From Planctomycetota bacterium (GTDB lineage Bacteria > Planctomycetota > B15-G4): a DNA stretch of 64,000 nucleotides. The stretch lies in NCBI GenBank assembly GCA_038212275.1, contig JBBQUR010000006.1:64001-128000 (forward strand), read 5' to 3'. This document shows, piece by piece, positions 26,801 to 36,954 of the stretch (within the stretch, counting starts at the first letter, position 1; the number at the start of each line of letters is the position of its first letter). The notes beneath the pieces were generated by a model. That model was not told where the DNA came from. It made no database searches and saw nothing but the letters and a program-made list of their open reading frames with translations. A program made the position numbers and the translations under genes.

Positions 26801-28069
26801 GTGTCCTTCCAGCTCGAGGTTCGAGCTGCTTTGAGCGCCGACGGGCGTGTCATCGCGCCTGCCATTTGGCGGGTGGAGGGAGGCCGCACTCGTGCGCTCG
26901 ATCCGCTTCCACGTCCCGGGCCAGGCCTCGTTGACGCGATGCTGCTTCCGGGCTTGGTGAATGCCCATTCACATCTCGACTTGTCGGGGGCGGCGGCCCT
27001 GCCGGCAACCGCCCCCTTCACGGACTGGCTGGCGGGCGTGGGAGGCATTCGGAGTGCCGAGCGAGACATCGTGGAGAGTGCCTATCGCGAGTCGAAGTCT
27101 CTGGCCAGCCGTGGGGTTGTTGCGGTCGGCGACATCGATGGGAGTGGCGGCGGTGGCACGGCGGGCCGAAGACGGAGTTTGCTGGGAGGGGTCTCCTACA
27201 TTGAGGTTCTCGGTGTTCGGCGGGAAAGCGCTCGTGCGCAGCTTGCCCAGTCTCTTGCGCTCATTGACCGCATCGGTGGGGGGGCTCAAGCGCTTGGGCT
27301 TTCGCCGCACGCGCCGTACTCGGTTCATTCTGAAGTGCTGCCAGAAATCGCCCGTGCAGCCAAGTCGCGCGGATTGCGTTTGGCGATGCACTTGGCGGAG
27401 ACTGCCGAGGAAACTCGATTCATGCTCCGGGGCGACGGTCCCTTCGTGGAATTCCTGCAGTCTGCAGGGCGTGGGCTGCCGTTTACCGATCCCCCTGGGG
27501 TCCGGCCCATTGCGTTTGCGGACGAGGCTGGCCTGCTCGCTGCAGGTTGCGTCGTGATTCATGGCAGCGACTTGGATGACGACGACATTGCTCGACTCGC
27601 GGCTCACCGCGCGTCGGTCGTCTACTGTCATGGAACGAACGTGCACTTTTCGCGGCCTCGGCACCGCTTTCCAGAACTGCTTGCAGCAGGAGTGAATGTC
27701 GCCTTCGGCACCGATTCAGGTTTGAGCAACAGTGGGGTAGACCTGTTCGACGAACTCTGCAAGCTCCGTACGGATTGGATGGAACTGGATGCGATGACGC
27801 TCATCCGTTGTGCGAGCTGGGGCGGAAGGGTGGCGTTGCAGCACGAGCCCGCAGCCGCGCTCTTGCAGCCGGGAAGCCAAGCCGACGCGCTGCTCGTCTC
27901 GGCGCCGGCAAGTGCTGAGAGCCGCACCGCAAGCGACCTGGCTGGTTGGGCCCTATCCGGTTCGGCAGTGCCGTTGCTCACGTTTCACGCGGGGGTGCCT
28001 AGCGGAGGGCACGAGGTCTTGAGTGGGCCGCTTCGTGCATTCCTTGACACTGCCGTGAGGCACGGCTAG
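26801..28069 (+). CDS. metal-dependent amidohydrolase (nucleoside deaminase-like, possibly aminodeoxyfutalosine deaminase)
   Basis: PGLVNAHSHLD, SPHAPYSV, MHLAET, VAFGTDS. Confidence 0.85.
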   Translation: MSFQLEVRAALSADGRVIAPAIWRVEGGRTRALDPLPRPGPGLVDAMLLPGLVNAHSHLDLSGAAALPATAPFTDWLAGVGGIRSAERDIVESAYRESKSLASRGVVAVGDIDGSGGGGTAGRRRSLLGGVSYIEVLGVRRESARAQLAQSLALIDRIGGGAQALGLSPHAPYSVHSEVLPEIARAAKSRGLRLAMHLAETAEETRFMLRGDGPFVEFLQSAGRGLPFTDPPGVRPIAFADEAGLLAAGCVVIHGSDLDDDDIARLAAHRASVVYCHGTNVHFSRPRHRFPELLAAGVNVAFGTDSGLSNSGVDLFDELCKLRTDWMELDAMTLIRCASWGGRVALQHEPAAALLQPGSQADALLVSAPASAESRTASDLAGWALSGSAVPLLTFHAGVPSGGHEVLSGPLRAFLDTAVRHG

Positions 28070-28072
28070 GGT
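28044..28072 (+). promoter_or_regulatory. sigma-70 promoter, probably leaderless, for the DHH phosphoesterase
   Basis: TTGACA-N17-TAGGGT, then 7 nt to ATG 28080. Confidence 0.6.
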
Positions 28073-28079
28073 CCTCCGG

Positions 28080-29087
28080 ATGTCGCCGCTTTCGTCTCGC
28101 TTCGATGAGCTGAAAGCGCTGATCGCTTCCAGTTCGCGGGTCGTTGTGGCGGGGCATGCCCGTGCCGATGGCGACTCCGTGGGGGCGGTGGCTGCATTGA
28201 GGCGTCACCTTGAAATCGAGGGCAAGGATGTCACGGCCCTGCTCCTCGAGCCTCTTTCGCCGCGCTACGCATTCATGGAGTTCAGCCGGCATCACGACGT
28301 TTTCGACCCTGCGAGGCACGCTGCTCTGCTGGCTTCGACTGACCTGTTCATCATGTGCGACCTCGCCTCCCTTGGTCGGCTCGGTGCGCTGGGAGAGGCT
28401 GTCTCCAACGCCGGCTGCCGCACGGTTTGCGTCGATCACCACCCTTGCGAGGACGAGGGCCCGGCGGACATCAATCTGCTCGACAGCACCGCGACGGCGA
28501 CCGGCCGGATCGTATGGGACTACATCCGACACGCGGGGGGGCGAGTGGACCGTGAAATTGCGGAAGGCGTCTTCGTTTCCCTATGCACCGACTCGGGCTG
28601 GTTTCGCTATTCGAACACGGACGCCTCCGTACTCGCGCTCGCCGCGGAGCTGGCCGGCTACCGACTGGACCTTCCGAGCATCTACCGAACGATCTACCAG
28701 AGCAACAGCGTGCCGATGCTGCGGCTGTTGGGGCACGTGACGCGCAGTCTCAATGAGGAATGCGATGGTGCCTTCGTCTGGACCATCATTCGCGACGAAC
28801 TGATCCGCGACCTGAGCGTGAAGCGCCTGGACAGCGATCCAATTCTCGATGTGCTTCGTTCCGCCGAGAACGTCAACGTCGTCGCACTCTTCACGGAGCA
28901 GCCAGACCGCAGCATCGCCGTGAGCCTGCGTTCGCGCGGCATCCCCGACGTGAACCGTATCGCCCGCTCGTTCAATGGGGGCGGGCATGTTCATTCCGCC
29001 GGCACGATGCTGGAGGCTGAGACTGCGGAGCGCGAGATGCGCCGCATGGTGGCCGTCATCCGCCAGTCGCTGTGGGCTGGGCGCTGA
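28080..29087 (+). CDS. nrnA: DHH/DHHA1 phosphoesterase (NrnA-like nanoRNase/pAp phosphatase)
   Basis: HARADGD, VDHH, TDSGWFRYSNT, SLRSRG, GGGH. Confidence 0.9.
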   Translation: MSPLSSRFDELKALIASSSRVVVAGHARADGDSVGAVAALRRHLEIEGKDVTALLLEPLSPRYAFMEFSRHHDVFDPARHAALLASTDLFIMCDLASLGRLGALGEAVSNAGCRTVCVDHHPCEDEGPADINLLDSTATATGRIVWDYIRHAGGRVDREIAEGVFVSLCTDSGWFRYSNTDASVLALAAELAGYRLDLPSIYRTIYQSNSVPMLRLLGHVTRSLNEECDGAFVWTIIRDELIRDLSVKRLDSDPILDVLRSAENVNVVALFTEQPDRSIAVSLRSRGIPDVNRIARSFNGGGHVHSAGTMLEAETAEREMRRMVAVIRQSLWAGR

Positions 29088-29845
29088 TGTCACGCTTCGC
29101 GATCATTTCCGACTTGCATAGCAACATCGAGGCGCTCGGCGCAGTGCTCGCGCGACTCGACCGCGAGGGGATCGAGCGTATCGTGTGTCTCGGTGATGTC
29201 GTGGGCTACGGCCCGGATCCCGAGCACTGCATCGACCTCGTCATGCAGCGTTGCCAGCTCACGCTCTGCGGCAATCACGACGAGGCGCTGCTGCGCGGTG
29301 CTCACGACTTCAATCCGGTTGCGCGTCAGGTGATCGAGTACAACCGCCGCATGCTGAAGCCGACGCTGCTCTCGGGTTCTGCACGACGTGCCCGGTGGAA
29401 GTTCATCGAAACGCTGCCGGTGAGCCACCGGGAGGGTGACTTCCTCATGGTGCACGGGAGCCCGCGCGACCCGATTCACGAATACATCATGAAGACCGAC
29501 GTGATCTTCGTCCCCGACAAGATCCGCGATATCTTCCAGCATTTCGAGGGGCTCTGTTTCGTGGGGCACACGCACTTCCCGGGCGTTTTCTCGAGCGACC
29601 TGCAGTTTCGAGACCCGTCGCAGCTCGACTATGCGTACGAGTGGACGGGCGAGAAATCCATCGTGAACGTCGGATCTGTAGGGCAACCACGCGACGGAGA
29701 TCCGCGCGCATCCTGCGTGATCGTCGAGGACCATCTCATCCGCTTCCTTCGCACGGACTACGACATCGCCACGTGTCAGCGCAAGATCTACGACAACCCC
29801 AACATCCCCGATCTGTGCGCGGCTCGACTGGAAATAGGCAAGTGA
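29087..29845 (+). CDS. calcineurin-like metallophosphoesterase (YfcE/MJ0912-like)
   Basis: SDLHSN, LGDVVGYGP, GNHD, HGSP, GHTH, NVGSVGQPRDGD. Confidence 0.92.
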   Translation: MSRFAIISDLHSNIEALGAVLARLDREGIERIVCLGDVVGYGPDPEHCIDLVMQRCQLTLCGNHDEALLRGAHDFNPVARQVIEYNRRMLKPTLLSGSARRARWKFIETLPVSHREGDFLMVHGSPRDPIHEYIMKTDVIFVPDKIRDIFQHFEGLCFVGHTHFPGVFSSDLQFRDPSQLDYAYEWTGEKSIVNVGSVGQPRDGDPRASCVIVEDHLIRFLRTDYDIATCQRKIYDNPNIPDLCAARLEIGK

Positions 29846-29981
29846 GTCGAGTCGTGCGCGACATCACGGACGGCACTACGCACAGGATCGGCCCTGCCGA
29901 GGTCACCGCGCGATCGATGCGGGTTTCGAGCCCCCCTCGGGCCCGGAAGAGCATGAATCCGTGTCTCTGGGTTCGGCTTCC

Positions 29982-30905
29982 ATGACGGTTGCCAACAAGC
30001 TTGTTGAACTTTCCTTGCCACTCATTCCGCGGCGCGCGCTCTGGCTGGTGGCGCAGCGCTACGTTGCCGGTGACGACCTGCCGGCGGCCATCGATGCGAT
30101 TCGACGACTCTCCGCCGACGGCTTCGGCACGATCATCGATGTGCTTGGCGAAAATATCTCCACGACCGGTGAAGCTGAGGAGGCCGCGCGCGAGTACCAC
30201 CGGGCGCTCGCCGCGCTCACCGACGTGGATCGCGGTTGCGTGCTCTCGGTCAAACCCACGCATCTCGGCTTGCTGCTCGATCGGACTCTGTGCGAGCGGC
30301 TGCTCTCCGACCTCTGTATCGCCGCCGCAGGTCAAGCCCGGCGCGTTCGTTTCGAGATGGAAGACTCGACCACGATCGACGCAACTCTCGCCGCATTCGC
30401 CGCAGTACGGCGCAGCCACTCCAATCTCGGCTGCGTGCTTCAGTCCCGGCTGTTCCGAACGGAAGCGGACGTCACGAGGCTGCTCGCTGCCTGGCCGGAC
30501 CTCAGCGTTCGCCTGGTCAAGGGTATCTATATCGAGCCCAAGGAGATCGCCTGGACCGAGCCTGACGACATCTCTGCCAGCTTCGTGCGCCTTGCGAAGC
30601 AGCTGTTCGACGGGGGTGCCACGGTAGGTCTGGCGACACACGACAGTGCTCTGGCCCAGCAGCTCGTTGCGGAGGTTCGGAATCGCGGCTTCGACCGCGG
30701 CGACATCGACTCACGTCGCTACGAGTTCCAATGCCTCATGGGCGTGCGAAGCGAGTTTGCCGGTCAGCTGCGTGACGCCGGCCACCCGACCCGCATCTAC
30801 GTGCCGTACGGAAAGGACTGGCATGCGTACTCGATGCGGCGACTCAAGCGAAACCCGGCCATCGCGATGCACGTGGCGCGCGCTCTCTTCCATCGCGACG
30901 GCTGA
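29982..30905 (+). CDS. monofunctional proline dehydrogenase
   Basis: RYVAG, DVLGE, VRLVKGIY, ATHD, YEFQCLMG, RIYVPYG..W..YSMRRL. Confidence 0.92.
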   Translation: MTVANKLVELSLPLIPRRALWLVAQRYVAGDDLPAAIDAIRRLSADGFGTIIDVLGENISTTGEAEEAAREYHRALAALTDVDRGCVLSVKPTHLGLLLDRTLCERLLSDLCIAAAGQARRVRFEMEDSTTIDATLAAFAAVRRSHSNLGCVLQSRLFRTEADVTRLLAAWPDLSVRLVKGIYIEPKEIAWTEPDDISASFVRLAKQLFDGGATVGLATHDSALAQQLVAEVRNRGFDRGDIDSRRYEFQCLMGVRSEFAGQLRDAGHPTRIYVPYGKDWHAYSMRRLKRNPAIAMHVARALFHRDG

Positions 30906-30943
30906 TGGCGGAGCCGAATCTCTGATCCTCGGGAGGATCAGCC

Positions 30944-32320
30944 TCAGGGACGCAAGGGACTCTCGAAGAACTGCCAGCGGTCGCCGTCGGCGTTTCCCGG
31001 GACGTCGCCATGCCGGACCCAGTCCGGGACTGCTTCGCCCGGCGCGATCGCGATGGTGATCGTCAACGGGCTGAGGTTGAAGCGCGTCGCGTAGGACCGC
31101 GCCGCTTGCGACGCAGCTTCCTCCGACTCGGAAGCCTCGGGAACGACGTGGCGTTGGCAACGATGGAGGAAGACGAAGCCGATGCCGGCAGGACGGACAT
31201 AGATCGTGTCGGCGGCCGGGTCGGTGGCCTCGCGCAGGCTGTCCGCCAGCCGCGCCTGGGCTGTCGACGCGCGCGCCGGTGCTGCATTTCGATACTGCTG
31301 CCAGGAGAGCGTCAGCAACACGGCGGACAGGAGGATGCCTATGGCGGTCGAAGGGCGTGCGGCCTGTTCACGAGGGAACAGCAGCGTTGAAGTGGCGAGC
31401 ACGACGTAAGGCAGCAACAGCAACGAGAAGTGCTCGTGGCCCGTTGCGTGTCGCGCAAAGAGGGTGACGTTCAGCGTCCCGACGGCAAGCAGGACGAGAA
31501 GCGCTCGTCGCAGCAGCGCGCCGCGTCGCGGCAGCAGGCCAAGCGCCACGATCGCCGGCACGAGCGCCCAGCCGTAGAGGCTCAGCAGATGCTCGCGCAT
31601 GGCAGCCAGCCATTCCGTCGGCACGAAATCTGGTGCAAGGAAGGTGGTCGCCAGACCTTGCGAGACCAGCCCGCCGAGAGCTACCGGCTGCGCCGCCCGC
31701 GCCATCAGTGCACAGGCAGTCAGCACGGCCGCCGCCGCTGCGAGCGAGTACCACCATTGCCGCCGGGGCGGCCAGCGCATGGCGAAACACAGCGGCAGCA
31801 GCGCGACGTAGTCGGTCAGGGCCGCCAGCGCGGCAACCAGCCAGGTCGTCGGTCGATCGAGCAGCAGCCCACGCAGCAAGGCGAGCATTGCCGGCAGCGC
31901 CAGCGTCTCATAGTTCACGAGAAGACCGTGGTGGAGGCTCGCCGGGAGGGCAAGCGCAAACACCGCGGCGGCGAGGCCGGCGTGACGGCCAGAGAGCCGC
32001 GTCGCGAGATCTGCGAGCAGGAGTGCCGTGGCAAGCGTCGCCAGCAGTGCGACGATTCGTGCTGCTGGCTCGATGTCCAGCGGCAGTCGGCTCGCGAGCA
32101 TCACCAGCCATGGCAGCCCCGGCGGATGATGGCTGTAGAACTCGGCTCCGGCGACGTCTGCGGGCGGCACGGGATTCACGACGGGCACGCCGTGCGTGGG
32201 GAGCAAGCCGAGCGCCTGCTCATTGCGCGCGAAGATCGCGAACATGGCGCCGCAGTTCCCGTTCTGCCCGTCGGTGAATGGACCCGCGAGCCCACCGACG
32301 TGGAGCGCGAGTCCGAGCAA
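30944..32320 (-). CDS. GT-C superfamily (ArnT/PMT-like) membrane glycosyltransferase; start uncertain
   Basis: many TM segments, FYSHHPPG loop motif, NYE acidic residue. Confidence 0.65.
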   Translation of the reverse strand: MLGLALHVGGLAGPFTDGQNGNCGAMFAIFARNEQALGLLPTHGVPVVNPVPPADVAGAEFYSHHPPGLPWLVMLASRLPLDIEPAARIVALLATLATALLLADLATRLSGRHAGLAAAVFALALPASLHHGLLVNYETLALPAMLALLRGLLLDRPTTWLVAALAALTDYVALLPLCFAMRWPPRRQWWYSLAAAAAVLTACALMARAAQPVALGGLVSQGLATTFLAPDFVPTEWLAAMREHLLSLYGWALVPAIVALGLLPRRGALLRRALLVLLAVGTLNVTLFARHATGHEHFSLLLLPYVVLATSTLLFPREQAARPSTAIGILLSAVLLTLSWQQYRNAAPARASTAQARLADSLREATDPAADTIYVRPAGIGFVFLHRCQRHVVPEASESEEAASQAARSYATRFNLSPLTITIAIAPGEAVPDWVRHGDVPGNADGDRWQFFESPLRP

Positions 32321-32733
32321 GGTGATGAGGACGAAACGTCCTCTGGTCAGTCCGGGTCGTGTCGTCGGCAGGCGCGCGCGGGAATCTCCGCCGCCACCGG
32401 ACGTGTCGGCATCGTGTGCATCTCCACCTGCGTCAGCCGCCAGCTTGCCGACGCGATCCTGCGCTCCGGTCCCGGCCCCGGTGTCGGACTGCGTCGGGCG
32501 GCGACTGTCCTGCGGCTTCAGCGGGCTGGTCCTTTGCGACGTGGGGTCGGATGCGTGCGGGGACTGATCGCGCCAGGAGTCTGCCGGCGTGACGGCAAGG
32601 CCAGCGCCAAGGATCGCTGCTGCGTGCGCGAGTGCAAGCGTCGGCTGGAGGCATGTCGCGGGCCACGCCTTGATTCCCGACGCGAAGGACCCACACTTGG
32701 CGTTCCCCCGCCAGACTGCCTGGAGTCCCGCAG

Positions 32734-34920
32734 ATGTCCGTCGCGAATGCCCCCTTCCAATCGGCCCGGAACGGCATCGGCGCCCTGAGGCTCGACTCGG
32801 CGGTCACGGACCGCACGCTTGCCGCCCTGAAACCATGGCTCACGGAGGACCAGTTCGCGGCCTGGCGCCCCCAGCTCGAGTCGCTCATCGAGCGCGGGAA
32901 ATTCGAACTTCTCGTGGACGCGTTCTGGCAGGTCATCCCGTTCGGCACGGGCGGCCGGCGCGGGCCGGTGGGGATCGGCCCCAATCGCTTCAATGCATGG
33001 ACCCTCGGTACATCGGTTCAGGGCCACGCCGAGATCCTCAAGGAGACGTATCCCGACGAAGACGTCTCGGTCGTCATCGCCTACGACGTGCGCGTCTTTC
33101 GCGACGTGCGCGGCATCTACGACCCCGCGCTGCCCAACCCGCTGCTCGGCACGACCTCGGCGGACTTCGCGATGCAGGCGGCAGGCGTGTATGCGGCCAA
33201 CGGCGTGCGCGTGCACATCCTCGATCCGGCGCGCGGCAGCTTCATGTCCACGCCGGAACTCTCGCTTGCGATCCGCCGGCTGGGAGCGCATGGCGGACTC
33301 AACGTCTCGGCCAGCCACAATCACCCCGACGACAACGGCGGCAAGTTCTACAACCGGCACGGCGGACAGGACGTTCCGCCGCATGACGAAATCCTCGCGC
33401 AGCGCGTCGAGCGCGTCGCGTCCGTGCGCAGCCTGCCTTACACACGCGCGCTGTCCGAAGGCTGGGTCACGCTCATCACGGAGGAGCAGAACCGACACTA
33501 TCTGAACGTGAATCGACGCTTGTCGCTGTGCCCGGAGCAGCGCGGCGGACGCATCGTCTTCACGCCGCTCAACGGCACGGGCTCGTGCACGGTGGGGCGC
33601 CTGCTTCGCGCGGAGGGCTTCGACGTCCGCGACGTCCCGAGTCAGGCCGCCTTCGACGGCGGCTTCACCCACGTGAAGTTCCTGGCTCCGAATCCGGAAG
33701 TGCCGGCCTGTTTCGAGGAGGCCGAAAAGGTCGCGACAGCGTGCGATGCCGACATGATCCTCGCCACGGATCCGGATGCGGACCGGATCGGGCTTGAGGT
33801 GCGACGCCCTGACGGCAGCTGGCGCTTCGTGAGCGGCAACGAGATCCTTTTCCTCGTGACACGTTTCGTGCTTGGGCGCCGTCGCGATCTCGGCAAGCTC
33901 CCCACGGACGCCTTCCTCCTGAAGACCGAGGTCACGTCGACGCTCGTCGCGACGATCGCGCGCAGCTACGGCTGCTCCGTCGTCGGGCGGTTGCTGGTCG
34001 GCTTCAAGTACATGGGCGAGGTGCTCGCGTCCCTCGAACAGACCGGCCGCTGGGAGGAGTTGCGAGCGAAGCCCGAGAGCTTCGTGCTCGGTGCCGAGGA
34101 GAGCCACGGCCTGCTGCTCACGCCCGCCATCCGCGACAAGGATGCGGGCGGCGCCGCGCTGGCGCTCGCGGAGCTCAACGCGTTGCTGAAGAGCCAGGGC
34201 CGCACGCTGCTCTCGGAGCTGGACGCGATCTACGCGCGCTTCGGCTACATGAGCAACCGCCTGGTGAACACGGTGATGTCCGGGTCGGCCGGGCTCTCGC
34301 GCATCCGCGACATCCAGGCCAGCCTGCGAAAGGATCCTCCGGTGGAGGTAGCCGGCATCGCGATCACGCATTGCGCAGACCTGCTCTCGGAAGACTGCTG
34401 GCTGGGCCCGATCAAATCCGGCACGGACGCCGCCTCGCGCAACGTGCTCGTCTTCACGCTGGCGGACGACAGCCGCGTGATCATCCGCCCCAGCGGCACG
34501 GAGCCGAAGAACAAGATCTACATCGAGGTGCCGGGCCGCACGCCCAAGGCCGACCTCACCACGGCGGAACTGCAGGTCGAACGCGAGCGCTGCGAGAACC
34601 GCGCCGTCGTGCTGGGTCGCGCCTTCGAGCGCCTCATGCTCGCGCGCGTCGGCATCGAGGTGCCCGATTATGCGCTGGCCGTGTCGGGGCTCGTGGGGCT
34701 CGACCAGAAGCAGCACTTCGCGCAGGTGTTCCTGCCCGACCTGGAGCAACGGGCGCGCGCGGGCGTCGACTTGACCGCCTTCGTCGAGCAGAGCCTCAAG
34801 CCGTACGGCAAGGATCCGCGGGACCTCGTGGCCTCGGGCGTGGCCGCCTGGCTGGCCATCACGGACCTGCCGGCTCCGGCGGCCGCGGCGATCCGCAGGG
34901 AGTTCCGCCTGGCGACCTGA
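32734..34920 (+). CDS. phosphoglucomutase/phosphomannomutase
   Basis: FGTGGRRG, SASHN, TDPDADR, GFKY, EESHG, IRPSGTEPK. Confidence 0.95.
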   Translation: MSVANAPFQSARNGIGALRLDSAVTDRTLAALKPWLTEDQFAAWRPQLESLIERGKFELLVDAFWQVIPFGTGGRRGPVGIGPNRFNAWTLGTSVQGHAEILKETYPDEDVSVVIAYDVRVFRDVRGIYDPALPNPLLGTTSADFAMQAAGVYAANGVRVHILDPARGSFMSTPELSLAIRRLGAHGGLNVSASHNHPDDNGGKFYNRHGGQDVPPHDEILAQRVERVASVRSLPYTRALSEGWVTLITEEQNRHYLNVNRRLSLCPEQRGGRIVFTPLNGTGSCTVGRLLRAEGFDVRDVPSQAAFDGGFTHVKFLAPNPEVPACFEEAEKVATACDADMILATDPDADRIGLEVRRPDGSWRFVSGNEILFLVTRFVLGRRRDLGKLPTDAFLLKTEVTSTLVATIARSYGCSVVGRLLVGFKYMGEVLASLEQTGRWEELRAKPESFVLGAEESHGLLLTPAIRDKDAGGAALALAELNALLKSQGRTLLSELDAIYARFGYMSNRLVNTVMSGSAGLSRIRDIQASLRKDPPVEVAGIAITHCADLLSEDCWLGPIKSGTDAASRNVLVFTLADDSRVIIRPSGTEPKNKIYIEVPGRTPKADLTTAELQVERERCENRAVVLGRAFERLMLARVGIEVPDYALAVSGLVGLDQKQHFAQVFLPDLEQRARAGVDLTAFVEQSLKPYGKDPRDLVASGVAAWLAITDLPAPAAAAIRREFRLAT

Positions 34921-34971
34921 GTGCCGCCATGCAGCGCGGAGTCGGGGGGGCGACGGACGCGCCGCGGCGCA

Positions 34972-36750
34972 TCAGTGGCCGAGCATGCGCTTGAGATCTT
35001 CGAGGCCCGTCACGAGGGTGGGATCCGAGTCCGCAGCCGCCTGCAACTCCGCGACGATGGCGGCTGCCGCGGCCGGATCGTGATACGGGTTGCCGGGGTC
35101 CGGCACCGCATAGAGGAAGCCGCGATTGAGGCGCGTGGCGGCATGGCCCGGCATCCCTTGCTCCATGGAGTCGAGCGCCTCCAGGCATTCGGCCCAGCGT
35201 CCCAGCAGCAGGCTTGCCCGCGCCTGCAGGAGCAACGCGCGTGAGAAGCCAGGCTTCTCGGCCAGCGCGACATGTGCGTCGGCGAGTGCGGCCTCGACAG
35301 CCTGAAGGTCGCCGGGACGAGCCAGCGCGAGGCGCGCCTGCCCGGTGCTCGCCAACCCGTTGGCTCGAGTCGTGGCGTGATGCGCTGCCGGAAGCTGCGA
35401 GAACAGCGTGACGGCCGCCACGACCGCAAGTGCGGCACATCCACGCGCGAGTCCGGTGTGTCCGGCGCGGATTCTGTCCCATGCGGCGGCCCCGCCGATG
35501 GCGAGCAGCGGGATGAGGGGCAGGCGGAAGCGGCTGTAATGAAAGAAGAGCAGTGCCGTGAGCACCACCATGCCGCCGAGCGCGAGCATTGGCAGGCGCG
35601 GGGCGCGCCTCCAGCGTGCGCCCAGCACCGCGGCGCCGAGGCACAGCCCGAGCAGCACGCCGAAGGGCAGCGCGAGCAGCCGGAGCGGAGCGATGAGTCC
35701 GCGACCGGTCTCGGGGAAACTGGCGATGTCGGTCTCGAAGGATTCGGTGAGCGCCCGCGCGCGGAGCAGAACGCGCTGCAGGAACAGGCCCGGCCGTGAG
35801 GCGATGGCAGACAGGGTTGAGCGCACGAACCAGCCGGACACCGCGCCGTCCGAGAGCGCATGGCCGGCCTCGCGCTCGGCGATGCTTCGGGCCACGTCGG
35901 CCTGGCTCGCGATGTCGCCGAAGGCCTCCTTGTCGCTGCCGAAGGTACCGGTGAGGGGCCCGGTGTTCGCGAGCCAGAGGTTCACGCCGCCGTTGTCGGA
36001 GACCAGGATGACGTCACCGCTGGCGCGCAGGTTGTGCATCGCCGACGGCAGCAGCACGAGCACGGCGGCCACGGCGCACGCCAGCCACGGTCGGTGCGGG
36101 AGCGTGCCTGCCCAGAGCAGCAGGACGGGCAGGAGCAGCAGCGCCTGCGGGCGCAGCAGCGCTGCAAGAGCCAGAAGCGCACCGAGCAGTGCCGCGCGCG
36201 CCGTCACGCCGCGCGGCTTCGAGCCTGACGGCCCTGATGCCGCGGCCACTTGCCCGTGTGCGGCCGCCGCAAGGGCGTCCGCCGCGACGAGCGCCGCGAG
36301 CAGTGCCAGGCACGCCAGCGAGTCGCCCAGCAGGCGCGTCTCGTAGAAGCTCAGCGGGCCGTAGAAAAGCGTGAGCGCCGCGGCCAGCATCGCGCCAGAG
36401 TGCGAGATCCGTCGCCGCGCCAGGATGTAGGTCAGGGCGAGCAGCAGCGTCCCGCCAGCGGCCTGCAGCAGCAGTGCTGCCGCGAACTCGCCGTGCACGA
36501 CACCGGGCAGCGAGGCCAGGATCCGTGGATAGAGCGGGGGCAGATGATAGCTCTGCGCGGCGAGCGGGTCCGCCTCCACGCCGGCGAGGCCGCTCGCGCG
36601 GTCGAGGTAGTAGGCCGCATCGCTGGTGGGCAGTTGCGCGAGCGGATCCTCGGCGAGCGCCGACATCGCGATGACCAGCTTCAGGATGAGCGCGACGCCG
36701 AGCAGCAGGAGCAACGGCCGGCCGCCATCACGCAGAAGCGCGAGGGGCAT
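34972..36750 (-). CDS. GT-C (ArnT/PMT_2-like) glycosyltransferase with C-terminal TPR-like region; start 36750 or 36858
   Basis: SDAAYY, PPLYP, FYETRLL, HNLRASGD..LVSDNGGVNLW, RFRLP; helical C-terminus. Confidence 0.75.
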   Translation of the reverse strand: MPLALLRDGGRPLLLLLGVALILKLVIAMSALAEDPLAQLPTSDAAYYLDRASGLAGVEADPLAAQSYHLPPLYPRILASLPGVVHGEFAAALLLQAAGGTLLLALTYILARRRISHSGAMLAAALTLFYGPLSFYETRLLGDSLACLALLAALVAADALAAAAHGQVAAASGPSGSKPRGVTARAALLGALLALAALLRPQALLLLPVLLLWAGTLPHRPWLACAVAAVLVLLPSAMHNLRASGDVILVSDNGGVNLWLANTGPLTGTFGSDKEAFGDIASQADVARSIAEREAGHALSDGAVSGWFVRSTLSAIASRPGLFLQRVLLRARALTESFETDIASFPETGRGLIAPLRLLALPFGVLLGLCLGAAVLGARWRRAPRLPMLALGGMVVLTALLFFHYSRFRLPLIPLLAIGGAAAWDRIRAGHTGLARGCAALAVVAAVTLFSQLPAAHHATTRANGLASTGQARLALARPGDLQAVEAALADAHVALAEKPGFSRALLLQARASLLLGRWAECLEALDSMEQGMPGHAATRLNRGFLYAVPDPGNPYHDPAAAAAIVAELQAAADSDPTLVTGLEDLKRMLGH

Positions 36751-36830
36751 CTCGGGCTCGGCAGGCTCGGCAGCCGACGCCGACCCCGGGTGCGGCGGCG
36801 GAAGGTGCGATCGGTCCTCCCTGCGGCGCG

Positions 36831-36858
36831 TTGAAGGCATGCGGGCCGAGCGTATCAT
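36831..36858 (+). promoter_or_regulatory. possible sigma-70 promoter for the YfhO-like gene
   Basis: TTGAAG-N16-TATCAT. Confidence 0.4.
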
Positions 36859-36954
36859 GCGGCCGTCACCTTGCGGTGCGTCGGACGCGCAGGTCCGGTT
36901 CGACGTGGGCGGCGTGATGACTGCGCTGACGGCGCGACAGGGCGGGAGTAGCCG

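Noticed and set aside
7800..28000. Prophage/ICE or dif/oriC explanation for the low-GC region
   Set aside because: No integrase, phage, transfer or IS genes, no att repeats, and I found no convincing dif site or DnaA-box cluster by eye
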